Of a DNA stretch of 64,000 nucleotides, positions 1 through 12,378 are shown one piece after another. Source of the DNA: Corallochytrium limacisporum Hawaii (Eukaryota > Protista > Pluriformea); contig PDIP01000063.1 in NCBI GenBank assembly GCA_002811645.1, positions 135,431 through 199,430 of the forward strand, read 5' to 3'. The position numbers and the translations under genes are program-made. Each line of letters opens with the position of its first letter. Position 1 is the stretch's first letter. The notes under the pieces are model-generated. The model saw only the letters and a list, made by a program, of their open reading frames with translations. It did not search any database and was not told the origin of the DNA.

Positions 1-1431
1 CATCCAGCCAGCGTAAGCCACGGCCGCATGCTGCTGCGGATGGTGACTGCCAGAGTCCTGCTGCTGGTGTGGTGCACCTGATGCGCCAGCCATTTGGCCG
101 GAGGTGTGCTGTTGTTGAGATGGATGCTGAGGATGTTGCTGTTGCGACGGATGCTGAGGATGTTGTTGCTGCTGTTGTTGATGACGATGATGCTCATGAT
201 GTTGGAGATGTTGATGAGAGGGATGATGATGTTGTTGCTGGTGGGGAGTGCCCTGCTTCAACGCCCCTTCAGAGGCTGCCTGCGCCTGCGGTGGTGGAGG
301 GTAGATGGATGGATTTGAGTGTCCGTGAACGCTGGTCAGGGAACTGACCAGCGCTAGCATGTCGTCTCCACCTTCGTCGTATGGATTGGACCAAATGCTC
401 GAGCCTGACTGGGCCGGTCCGGCACGGCTGCCCGGAGTGCCGTAAGCGGCGCCGGAGTGGCTGGTTTCCAGCTGGTCCAAGGATCCAAGTCGGTGAGATG
501 TCAGCGACGTCTGTGTGGAGGCACGCAGATCGGACGCGCTCTGCACGCCACTAATGGACGAAACAAAACTCGTGGTGGCAGACAGATCCATGGACCCGTG
601 GTGGTCGGTAGAGCGCACAGAGTGCATTGAACCGCGCATCTGCTCCGCACTCGCCGCTCCAGACAAGAGGCTTCCAACAGACTCGGCCGCGCCGAACTGT
701 GGGACGCGACCGGTGCTGCTTCGCTGGCTTGAAGAGCTGGCGCGGCGAATATCACTTGCAGTTGGGGCCGGCGCGGCAGTGGCTGCGGCTCCTGACCATT
801 CCATCTGAGGCAGATCAGTCCCTTCCATCGATGGACGGTGCGGTGTAATGGATGCACGACGCTGCGGACTGATGTGCTCTGGAGCAGGGGGTCTGGTTGC
901 CTGCCCGGCTTCGGAACTATAAGAAACTGAGGAGCTCGGATCGCTATGACGGGACACTTTCATGTTCGCCGCCGCTCCCTGAGCAGCCCACTGGCCAGCG
1001 TACATGGGATCCACGTTGGCCGGAGGGTCATTCATTGGACGAACGGGGCTGCTATTACTCTCTTCCATCTGCATAGCGGCAGCCGATGACGTTGCGCCGA
1101 CATCCTCGTAATTGAGGACTCCAGTCCGGCACAGGGCCTCTGCAGCATCAAGGTCAATGCCGGAGCCTCCAGCACTTGTGAACTCACTGCCCAAGATTCG
1201 GGCCAACTCTTCTTGACGGCGTTGCTGTAGTTTAATCTTCTCTGAAAATCGCCGGGGATTGTCCGGAGGACGTCGTCCCTTTCGCACTGCCTTCGGCTTC
1301 TCGCCTACGACAGCTCGATGGAGTCTGTTTTCCAATTCATTGATAAATTCTTGCGCACTCTGATTGGATTTGTCCTTGGGCTTGTCACCCGAAGCGCTTC
1401 CTCGCGATGTACCCTTACCCCGTCTTCCCAT
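1..1431 (-). CDS. CRTC/TORC-like CREB-regulated transcription coactivator, partial (3' end beyond left edge)
   Basis: Not in the ORF track because it has no stop in the window. Manual translation gives a stop-free frame from ATG 1431 (alternative in-frame ATG 1494) to position 1: MGRRGKGTSRG...PPDNPRRFSEKIKLQQRRQEELARIL..., then a Ser-rich region with RRAS sites and a Q/H-rich tract. NPRRFSEKIKLQQRRQEE (nt ~1207-1260) resembles the TORC_N motif NPRKFSEKIALQKQRQAEE. Confidence 0.7.
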   Translation of the reverse strand, partial: MGRRGKGTSRGSASGDKPKDKSNQSAQEFINELENRLHRAVVGEKPKAVRKGRRPPDNPRRFSEKIKLQQRRQEELARILGSEFTSAGGSGIDLDAAEALCRTGVLNYEDVGATSSAAAMQMEESNSSPVRPMNDPPANVDPMYAGQWAAQGAAANMKVSRHSDPSSSVSYSSEAGQATRPPAPEHISPQRRASITPHRPSMEGTDLPQMEWSGAAATAAPAPTASDIRRASSSSQRSSTGRVPQFGAAESVGSLLSGAASAEQMRGSMHSVRSTDHHGSMDLSATTSFVSSISGVQSASDLRASTQTSLTSHRLGSLDQLETSHSGAAYGTPGSRAGPAQSGSSIWSNPYDEGGDDMLALVSSLTSVHGHSNPSIYPPPPQAQAASEGALKQGTPHQQQHHHPSHQHLQHHEHHRHQQQQQQHPQHPSQQQHPQHPSQQQHTSGQMAGASGAPHQQQDSGSHHPQQHAAVAYAGWM

Positions 1432-2043
1432 AATCTTGGGAGAGGAGAATTCTAGTCTGTATCGATGACGGTCCACGCTTGCATACACGTCCATTCAACT
1501 TGTCTGTAATTGGTCTCCTTGAACGTAAACCAAGTGCTCTGTAGATATGGCTTGGATAAGGATCACGAGCTATGGTTCATTAATCGCCCTGGGGTTTCTT
1601 CTTTAGCTTTGGATACGGAATGTCCTTCCATATGGTTTTACATGAAATTGATCATGCGAGTCTGATATAGGACACCGTGTGATTCCTCAAATACCACAGA
1701 AACGAGTTCGAAAGAAAACCGCTATACAATGTTACGTCAGGGTCTAACGGCGAACGGTTTCCCATCGCGCAGAAAGGTTACTCGGTTCCAAAGCACCCAT
1801 CTCGAAGGTGAAGACGGGATAAGCACCGCAGCAACCCACGCAAACCCAGAACAGCGCTAGGAAAGAAGAACAGACGGGGGAAAGGGGTCATATCGGTTTC
1901 AAAATCAAATACACAAACAGCTCCAACCTCTGCACAAACTCCAGCGAGCAGCAGGGCGCAGCACACAGGCCCTCCCATATTATTGGTTGCGGATCAGAGG
2001 AGAAGGGAGCCGCGGGGGGGGGGAAGGAGAAAGGGAGAGGGGA

Positions 2044-2593
2044 NNNNNNNNNNNNNNNNNNNNNNNNNNNNNNNNNNNNNNNNNNNNNNNNNNNNNNNNN
2101 NNNNNNNNNNNNNNNNNNNNNNNNNNNNNNNNNNNNNNNNNNNNNNNNNNNNNNNNNNNNNNNNNNNNNNNNNNNNNNNNNNNNNNNNNNNNNNNNNNNN
2201 NNNNNNNNNNNNNNNNNNNNNNNNNNNNNNNNNNNNNNNNNNNNNNNNNNNNNNNNNNNNNNNNNNNNNNNNNNNNNNNNNNNNNNNNNNNNNNNNNNNN
2301 NNNNNNNNNNNNNNNNNNNNNNNNNNNNNNNNNNNNNNNNNNNNNNNNNNNNNNNNNNNNNNNNNNNNNNNNNNNNNNNNNNNNNNNNNNNNNNNNNNNN
2401 NNNNNNNNNNNNNNNNNNNNNNNNNNNNNNNNNNNNNNNNNNNNNNNNNNNNNNNNNNNNNNNNNNNNNNNNNNNNNNNNNNNNNNNNNNNNNNNNNNNN
2501 NNNNNNNNNNNNNNNNNNNNNNNNNNNNNNNNNNNNNNNNNNNNNNNNNNNNNNNNNNNNNNNNNNNNNNNNNNNNNNNNNNNNNNNNNNNNN
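2044..2593. other. Assembly gap (N run) flanked by G-rich polypurine tracts
   Basis: Ns in sequence, with G-runs on both sides. Confidence 0.99.
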
Positions 2594-5500
2594 GGGAAAG
2601 AGGGGGATTGGGAGGGGAGGGGAGGGGGGGGGCCTTGAACAGCATTACTTCCTTTTAGAGTTTATAGGGGGACTCTCTCCCTTTCAACATCGAGAGCATG
2701 ATCTTTCCCCCCCCCTCCGTTCCCGCAGGGGAGAGAGGGTGGCGGGGGACCCTTCACCTTCCCCCCTGAGCCTCTGCAGGTTCCCAACTCGACCAACCAG
2801 CGATCCAAGCTTTCCATCTCCATCCTTGCTCTGTCAGCCGAGGAGAAAGTAACTCGCTATGTTGTGTAAGATTATGTAAATGCATGGCCTGAGGAATGAT
2901 TTGGAGTGAGGGACACAAAGAAGTATTTTTTAACCGCGGGGGGCTGATGCCGAATGGTTGAGAGGGACGTGCAAAATCATAACGAGGCGCAAGCACTGGG
3001 TGAAGTATTCAAGACCACTATTAGCAGAAGAACGCTTTCTCGGCAGAGAGGGAAAGGGGAAAAGGGCCTCGCTCCAGACCAACCAATGACAGGCCAGCCT
3101 TTTCAAGACAGCTTTTAGAAAAGGGCATGAAATGAATGCATTCTCTCCCCCCGTTCTCTCAGGAGAGCGGTGATCCCGCACAAAGAAAAAACCTCTCGTA
3201 CGTTCTGCTTCGTCTTCTCCCAACTCCCATGAGATCGTATGATATATAGCGCCTGTGGATGCTCTAAGAATGCATCAATCATTTCAGCTGGATAGTAATA
3301 TACACACAGCTTCACTATCGTCCCAGTGCGTTTTATATGTGTGTCGTTTATCAGAAAGAGACAACCTTCAGGTACACAGGAACAGAGGCGATGGGCTCGC
3401 CTGACAAACACGTCCTTGAGAGCCTTTCGCGATTTCTCGTAACCTTGACGTGCAAATGAGGATCGAGCACCATAGAATCACAAAGAAAGGGAGAGTTGCT
3501 GTCGTTCTCTGGTTGCTGACCGTCGAATAGTGCGGGGTATTGATGCTTTTGCCGATGGTATCGAGAAATAAATAGGAAACCCCTCCAATCAAAACCCCCA
3601 GAAACCCACCAACGAGGAGACAAGAAAAAGCGGCAAACGACAGCAATCGAAGTGGGAAGACGAGCTGAAGGGAAAAGAGGGGGGGGGAACCCCTTTGTTG
3701 CATCCAACAAACACAGACAGGGACAGTGAGGAAGGTAAGGTCCAGTATATGGGGAATAAGTATGTGCTTCGGTTAACTTTGAAACCCAAAGCCGCTGGTG
3801 AGGCCAAAGGCTATATGGTGTTGGCGGAAAATGTCGTGTTTTGAAGTTGGTGTCTGTGTGTGGTTGTTGATGTTAGACGATGTCGTTTTTTGTCGATTGT
3901 CACATATGTGTCCCTCCTCACGGCACCACCATCATCGAGAGTCTTTTACAGGCCTTTAGATTTGGTTTGGGTTTGGGTTTTGTTGGCCAGGGTGGAGGCG
4001 TAAATCATATGACCTGATACGTGAGCCGTGGAAACGTCGCCGTCTGCTATACATTGTATATAATCGGATATGTCGTACGCGAGGGCGAAATGAAACAGAC
4101 AAATCCAACAAATAACCCTGATACCCAAACCATCATCATCATGCACCAACGAGAAGAATCGCATTGCGCAGGGGAATAAAATCACTATGTATTGACATGC
4201 AAGCACTATCACTACTACTACTTCACACTTACGACCATGTCGGTGTAATTTCAAACGAACACATTCCAGGGAGTATGGGCCCGGAGGCAACACACAAAGA
4301 AGTTGGACGACTCACTTCCGTCGTACGTCGGTGTACCGTTATTTTCACTTCGGCTCGCTCGCTCTCCGCGTTTCTGGCCGAACCCTTTCACCTCGCTGTG
4401 AACAGAGAGTTTCCCCTCTCTCTCTCTCCCTCTCTCTCCCCCTTCCTCATCCACTTGCCTCTCTCCGACAGGGGTCTCCACTACCAACTCCCATCCAAAG
4501 ACGAGCCAACAACGAAGAGAGTTGGGGGACAACGACATGTAGCAGCATAGCGGGGAGGTGGGGATGAGACGAGGAGAAGGACAGAGGAGAGAAGCAGAAC
4601 CACGCAACGCATCCGACCGAAACACAGAACCTGTCATTGCCTTGTAGGAACTAGTCGCGGATGCCTAGCACTCTCGAACTTCTCGTACATGGTAGGTGGA
4701 TGACTGTGCCTCGAGAGGCTCTCGTTAATTTATTCGGCTTGCGAAGATGAAGTCAGGGTCGGACGTTTCTTCTGCCGTTGTGCGGGTGTGGGCGAAGTTT
4801 GCAGCGTGCCGTATGTTTACTCGGCAGGAGTTTCTCCTTAATCCTCGGGTACTTGAAATGCCACGGCCGCCCAAAAATGGGCAGCGACGTGACCGTGGGT
4901 GGGAGTAATACCTGCGATTATATGCGCAAGTGTGTTGACGGTGCACACTCTACTCAGGTTACAGAAGCGAAAATTTTTGTCGTGAGCTCGGGAGCTGTTT
5001 TCGGAGAAAAATGTAATACCAGGGCCCCACGATTTCGTTTGCGGTTCTCACCGAACCCCAAGAGCATCCTATGATTCAGCCCTCTGCGCAATTTTTCTTC
5101 AACTTTGGCAGCCTAGCAGCCTTTGTCCGCCTCAAGACGGCATAAAAAAAGGGAGCGCACACCTCACCTACCAACCTCAAGTAATTCACACATTGAACAG
5201 GACCAAACTTAGATAGCGCAGAAAGGCAGATCATCTGCAGAAACAGAGGCGCAGAGCAGACGCGATAAGTAGCACCCAATCAGCACACCAAGCCGCCCAC
5301 GTCACAATCAGTCAAAGAAGTGTAACTGGCAGCCGAAGTGCTGAAAAAGATAGAACGGTCCAGCACATGTTCATGCCGAGTGTGGGGACGATCGATCGAG
5401 GGGAGGAAAATGTGTAAAGCGAGGACCATGTAAAATCCTACAAAATCAATGGAGCGGAAATCACTCAAAAAATGATAATTGAACACCCAATCTCGTCCTT

Positions 5501-8500
5501 CAGCGAGAAAACTTGGTGAAATTCCAGGGTTTGTTAAGTATGGAATGTATTGTCGATCTTCATGGCAATGACAGAATGTACATATGCACGGCATCTTCAT
5601 CTGAGAAACCAGACGCATCACTGCTTGTTACCGGCAGGTCGCACAACTAATTGTTCTGCTGGGATGGATCGCGCAGATGAGTTGTGTGTGTCGCTGATGA
5701 CGACGACGATGATGAACACACACAGAGACACACACCCCTTCCAATGACCTTCGTTTTAGGGATTGGACACTCCCGTAAATTCACGCACACGTCCTTTTTG
5801 GATGGACGCACCAATAATTGACCAAATATATTCCATGCACTCTAGCTACGACAAAGGGAGAGAATTTGTAAACGCTTCCAACGTTGTCTCGCGCGTTGGC
5901 GCCCTAATTCATGGCTGATTCTTCCCGTGTACTTTCTATGGGAACTGGCGGGGGCCGTTGGACTACAAGCCGAGCCACCTGCCGTCGGCTGACCAAGAAA
6001 GAGAGAAGGGTTCTTCCATGGACTAGACTGACACACGTAACTGCGTCCACTCCCTACTCTCTAATATCTATAGCTGTGTGTTTCTTGGCTTTGGTTCGTT
6101 CCGTCTTCGAGATTCATCGCTACGTCCTCGGACACCGTTTACCCTCAGGGTCAGGGAGATCAAGGGACCCGTCAAGTCCCAGAGACCAAAACGGAAGAGG
6201 GACCACACACGCTGTGTGCCTTGAGCGATGCAAACCCTCTCGCGAATTGCAAAATTTTCCACTGTACACTTCAGATTAAAAATAGAACAGTCGGCTTAAG
6301 CTACAGCACTGGTTCAGGTGGTGTGATTCTTCTTGGTTTCGACCGAGAGCGCTGTTGGAGTTGGAGTGTGGAGAGCATGGTGGTGGTCCTGTCCCTGACG
6401 GCGACAGGATTCGGAGTTTAAAGGAGAGAACGACGAAACCATGCAGCATGCTCACCGATTCTGTATACTCAGTAGCTGAGCAGCAAGACTCAGGGAGAAG
6501 ACACCTGATGGGTCATGTTCCCTTCGTCGTCTGGGCCTCATCAGAGAGTGGCTACGTAGGTGTGCGTGTGCTCTTGCTGGGGCCGGATCACGGCACTCGA
6601 TGTTTCTGGTCTCTTGGAACCGCATGAGTTTCCTACACACGTCCGACGCAGACAAGCACTCCAGCGGCAACCGGCATCGCGCAGTAATAAACAACTAAAC
6701 TACCGATACATCTGTCTCTTCGTCAGAATATCAATATATCTTTCTACTGACTAGATAGAGGACTCGAAACCAATACACATCATCATCTATCATCACCATC
6801 AATACACAGTATTGTACTAATAGCAGTGTTAATAACTAAATAATACTACTCGAAGACTGTACGAGGGGGGGCACAGCAACCAAACAAAGTCACTGCACGC
6901 CCTTGCAAGCAACTGGAGTCACTCCGGGGATGGTTGGACACCATCACCGCCGCCTGCGATGCCTCCAACAGCGGCGGGGGTGGAGCAGAACTCGTAGAGA
7001 GTGTCAAGGTATGACAGACAGTTCAGTTGCAACGTTACCACTCCCTTTCTCATTATTATCATTGTGTGTTTGGTAGAGGCGGACGGCATTCAACTTTTGG
7101 ATTCTTCTGTTCCCCACAGCCGTATACCTGCGGTGACCAACGCATGACACACTGCTCAGCTCAGGTGAGTTGCGTACCGCAAACACATTTCTCTCTTCAT
7201 CTTCCTTGTCTATAGACAGTCTCCCTAAGAGAGACAGTGGGAATCGCATCCGAGGAACAGGGAGCGACAGAAAACAGAAACTGGTTGAAGACGAAAAGGG
7301 AGGAAGGAATGAATTAGGGGAAAAAACCAGAACACAGATAACCGGTTCTGATTGAGTACGCACTCTTATAGCCACAAACAGCGTCTTTAGACCCAAACAG
7401 AAAGGCTTACGAGAAAGAAATGGAACAATGGAAAAGTAGAGAAGTTCTGATAAGTGGGGCCACCGATGACAGGGGCCATTTATTCCTTTGTTTCAAATCA
7501 CGATCAATCCAGGCAGCCGCTGAACACATTTTCACACACACACCCAGCAACAGTGACGGAACAATCCACGGCTACAAGTCTATCGATTTCGGCTCGGCAC
7601 CCCCCCCCCACGAACAAAATATCTTGCGAGCTCAGAAATTGAGATCATGTATATGTATTATAATAGTAGGATGGAGTTAGAGCAGGAATACCTCATTATC
7701 TGTTGCTTTACAATTCATTGATAAATCGCGAATTCACTCTCCAGGATTCACTGTGGAACACAGTCGCACAGTGTCTCGCGCCAATTTCGTCCCGGAGTGA
7801 ATGAATAGCGCCAAAAGCCTGCCCTGTTGGAAAGTATTTCGTGTGTGTGTTCTGAAAACGCGAAGTCTGAAGTGTGAAGAGCGCCTGGGCAAATCGGCAA
7901 CAACAGTTGATGGACCCAGAGCGGGATCGATCAGCAGCCGCAGAGCATGGTCTGTTGCTTCCCGAACGGATATATATGGATGTAAAAACGACCGGTGCTT
8001 TCTGCATACTCTCAAGACAAGCATGTCATATCCGACTCGCTGTTAGATGAACTATGCTGTGTTTAGCAATCTTTCTCAGTCTCTCTTACTCTCCCGGTCG
8101 TGTTCAAAATCGCAACAGACACAGCCATGAGTGAGAGAAACCGGTGGACTGCAATACCTTCATATTGCTGTGTCCTTTTCCTTCGTTGCTTCGCTCGTTT
8201 TGTGATCGGTAGTTCACAGTACGATGAGAGACTCAAATGAACAAGCGCACGCGGGTTGAATATATCAAGAAAATCGCCATACAAGACAACAACAACTCCC
8301 GCGGGCACAAAAAATTCTGGTTCACGTTTGTGTAGATGGATCCCGTATCAGCTCTCACCTCCCAAATTCACTACTGAAAGCTCTCTCTCTCCACCACGCC
8401 TCGACTCTTGTCCTTACCGTTTCCAGTCGCTTCTCCCGCGAGAACTCTCCGTACTTCGTGGATGGGGTCCTTGTGGGGCACTCTCTGAAAGGGCGCGACT

Positions 8501-11500
8501 GGTGTCTCTGCTCATTCTCCAATGGATTCGTGCTCTTGGGTAGTTAATTCATATGACCGCTTGACCAAAACAAGAAATAGAGATGTTTCTTAAAGACAGT
8601 TTCTTGATACCTTTGGTCCTGCTCCGATGCTGCGCGACGTTCTAGGATACTAGGTACGCGTGGGGGAACAGAGAGCGGCAAATGGCCCAATACAACACGC
8701 AGGTAGAAGAAAGAGAGGAAGAGGAGGGGAGGGGGTCAGGCGCCTCCGCCTACGCACACAAACCAAGAAACCCTAGTACACCTTTACATATATATGAATG
8801 TGGTCCACCATGTGGCGAGATGGGAAGGAAAGAAAGATGATCTCGTACAGGAGCGCAGAGGTGGAGCGATGCGATTGTGTTGTGCGGGTGGGGAAACCAC
8901 CACGTCGGTACCTGTTGGCGGTTACAGAACAGCAGAGAAAGTGGCCGGGTAAATACCGCCTTGTGGATCGTTTCCTGCTGCTGCCCGAGAACATTCACAT
9001 CCAATAGCTCCAACCTGGAATTTGGGTCATTACTGGTGCGTGTCACTCTCGAGCATCACTATTCAACCTCATGTGCACGGTGCACGCTTCGCGAAGTTGG
9101 AAGTTCTTGCTCCTGATTCCGATGCCGGCTGTATGACCACGGTGATACCCTCTCCCCTCTAGGACCACAGCAAACGCTAAACCAGTTGGAGAACTGGCTG
9201 AACCCGGACAATGGACATGTCCGGTGAGATTTCTAATCTGCCACTAAGCCCTCGCGAGGTATAGTACAATATGTAGTACTACTATCCATTTTCCGCCTGT
9301 GTTTGTTAGTGTTTGTTACAACAATACGCTATCAATCTTAGATTTCACAACGTGAAGCTTAGATGTTCTCACAGACTGAAAATAGACAATGATAAAATCA
9401 GAGGAATGGAACGATTCTGTGATCATAGTCAAAAATGTTGATGCTTTACTTGACGTCGCTTCAGTGCGAAATACTCAAGGCAAAGGAATAGTCGTGAGGA
9501 GGAGGCAGCAACTGCACACAGTTGGCCTTGTGATCTTGCTCGCTTCTAATTGGATCGAATTTCACTTTGTGCCATACTTAAGAGACAGTAGCAGCGAAAC
9601 CTGGTGGCTCATGGCCCCGCTAATATTGCTCTCGCTTGCAAGAAATTGAAAAGCACTCTGCGAAATGTCTACGAATTGGGTACTTACCCTGACGTACACC
9701 TCTCCCACCCACGCACCACAAAAACAAAACAAAACCCACCGCAAAAACCCCTAAGCATCCGTCAAACACACGGTTTCGTCTGCGTCGATTTGAGTGCTTG
9801 CCGTATGACATCAGGCCGATCGCACCAATGTTTTACTTTGAAACTGGCAGTTCATTGAATATGCACAGCTTTGGAGCAGAGAGGTCTCTTTGTGCAGAAA
9901 TGACGAACAACGGGCTCTGTGGGTGCGCGCCATCACTAGCGCCGTCCTCGCCTACTAAACCTCGTTTCCAACAGACGTAGGTGACACTTCCTAGTCTCCT
10001 CAATCTGGTTTTATTCGAATCGAGGGGCAGTCTGATGTAAAACTGTTTTTGCGGAGCCCCCCGCCTACGATCGTGAATCTGGCCAGTAAAAATAAGTGCT
10101 TGGGTGTGGGATCTCTATGACAGAAATAAACCCCCCTCCTTGGATTTTCTACTAGTAATGGTACACCGTGGAAGGTTATCGACCACATTGACTCGTTGCC
10201 GTCATTCGCGCACATTTCATGCCTGAGTCCAAGACTGAAAATTTACAGATCTTCAAGAAAGCTTGCGTCTGGAGAAGATATAGTGAATAGTAGGAGAGCA
10301 GCTCCAGCAACATTTTTCTTCCTCTTATTTTGCTTTTTCGTCGCGCGTACCCAATGATTTGCATCGCTGTGGTTGACATGTATTCAGGGGTATGGCAGAG
10401 GCAGCCACTTCCGGGTCCGGCTCCGAACAAGCAAATTGGAACACTTGTTTGAATCTCTATTCGCTGTAATGACAAGGGATGTTGTCGTCATCTTTCGTTC
10501 CTTCTGTCCGCGCGAGGAAATTGTCTCAAATCCGTTTGGGACACACTGCCTGCCGAGCGGTGTCAATGATGGGTCTTGCAGTAAGGAACTAGTCCACTTG
10601 CTGAGCTCTCACTCTCCCCCGGGTCACAAAGCCAAAATGACACAGTAGGAATGATTGAAAATGTGTGCACACACTCATCGTGTCCTTTCTGTCCCTGCTT
10701 TTCTCATTCGCTTTAGAACGTGTTGATATCATAAAATTGCTGCGGCGCCGCGCAAACCTTCGCTGACATGGTTTCACACCTGTATCTGCGTTGAAGACGA
10801 CAACTGGTGCGATGGAATGGACCTTGTCGCTCTTCGAGAAGTTTGTCTGCTGACAATTGCGCATGCCCGGAGCCAAGGGATCAGGTTAGTGGATATGAGA
10901 ATGCTGGAGACGGCATGTATGCTGTAGATGGTGGGAGACGATGATGCTGATGATGGATGACGAAGGGGACTTATGAGCTGCCCGCCGCTCGATCATCCAT
11001 TCATGATCCTGCCGAGCTAGCATCTTTGGATCTTGTTTTGTGCACACACTGGGACAGACGGACAAAGGAAAGCAAAACGACGATCGAAGATTGTCCATTT
11101 ACATTTGTGCGTGCCGATATAAAGTTCTCGTACTCTATCTAAGAACAGCCTTTCCGGTCAACCAGTGTACCTTTATTGGAAACCTGATCCGGGAGTGCAG
11201 TAATGAAGACTAATATTCAAGAGAGACTTCGATGCACCTGCCCACTTGTATGTATGTCGTTTCCTTCGCACGAAATTCGAATCACTACGAAGCAAAGTGC
11301 ATGACCAAGCATACATTTCAAAATAAATAAAGGGTGCGGGGGCGAGTGTGCCGCTATCTTCGGGTTTTCCGTGCTGAGGTATTGGATGATGTTAGCACAA
11401 AATCCACCCTCTCAGAGGATGAGGATGTTCCGAAACTGGCGCTGATTGGAAAGGTCACCGCTGGAGGTGGTAAAGAACCAGAAACAAAACAAGAAGAAAC

Positions 11501-11628
11501 AATGACGAAGGCCGCGGCTCCAACCAAAAACGGGAACTGAACCGTTGAGAGAATGCGAAGTCGGAGAACTTGACCTTCCCGTTGATCTGGCGCAACCCCC
11601 GACACGGGACTGAAAAGGGTCTAAGGCT

Positions 11629-11886
11629 ACTCTCAAAATTGCACGACACTCCACACTCGGTCGAAACACTCCGCTAAAACTTGCAAGACAACACTCACAT
11701 TGAGCCGGTGCAGAAATCATGTCCACACCTAAACCATTGGCGTGCACAAACTTGCGGGACGAAGACATTCAAAAGCGAACGACGCTGCATTCTCCTTGCC
11801 TGTCGGAGATTTACGTTATATAACACTCGACAGCACACACTCAAAAGGAATCCAATGCACTCTCAAAATTGAACGACAAAACACTC
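11629..11886 (+). repeat. 20-bp imperfect direct repeat plus a cluster of 7 ACACTC hexamers
   Basis: ACTCTCAAAATTG(C/A)ACGACA at 11629-11648 and 11859-11878. ACACTC at 11646, 11653, 11666, 11691, 11823, 11837 and 11881. Confidence 0.85.
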
Positions 11887-12344
11887 TCTAGCCGGAGACT
11901 TTTAAATGCAGTCGACCCACCTCATTGTAACTGGTAGAAGTTGAACGCTTTAAAACTGGGGAGCAGAAACACAGTGACCGAGCGAAAACAAAGTTTATCG
12001 AAGCACACTACAATGCAAACTCGGGCCGGTCGAACACAACATTAAATAACACCAGCTCTGCGCACGTTCTAAACCTGATAGTCAAAGCACGCCTGCCAGC
12101 GGACGAACATTCAGAGCGGCCGAGTACAACTTCAAAAAAAAAGGTGGACGACACAATGGGAATCAATTCGGAGCCACCATTGTTTGCATCATTGTCTCCC
12201 ATCACTTGTCGGCCCCGACAGTCCAGGCCATAACGAGAATGTTTCGGATCAAAACGCTTTTTATGGCCAAGAAGGATAATGTTTAAGGAGTTGGAGTGAT
12301 TTGTGACTTACAGTACTAACAAAGGCAACGAGAGTACGAGAAAC

Positions 12345-12370
<26 letters not shown>
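12345..12370. repeat. (AT)13 microsatellite
   Basis: Direct reading. Confidence 0.95.

Positions 12371-12378
<8 letters not shown>

Noticed and set aside
69-857. Short ORFs at the left edge, including hydrophobic M/L-rich and D/V-rich peptides
   Set aside because: They are antisense or off-frame shadows of the Q/H-rich CRTC-like ORF.
1980-2852. Long ORFs spanning N gaps (also near 54.5-55.2 kb and 60.6-61.3 kb)
   Set aside because: Artefacts of translating Ns.
6515-6545. Minus-strand CTGATGAG resembling a hammerhead ribozyme core
   Set aside because: No stem II closure or GAAA, and no cleavage-site helix arrangement.
11334-11540. 68-aa charged ORF that looks protein-like (EVLDDVSTK...EPETKQEE)
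   Set aside because: No suitable ATG, no recognisable domain and no partner exon found; it cannot be supported as a gene.
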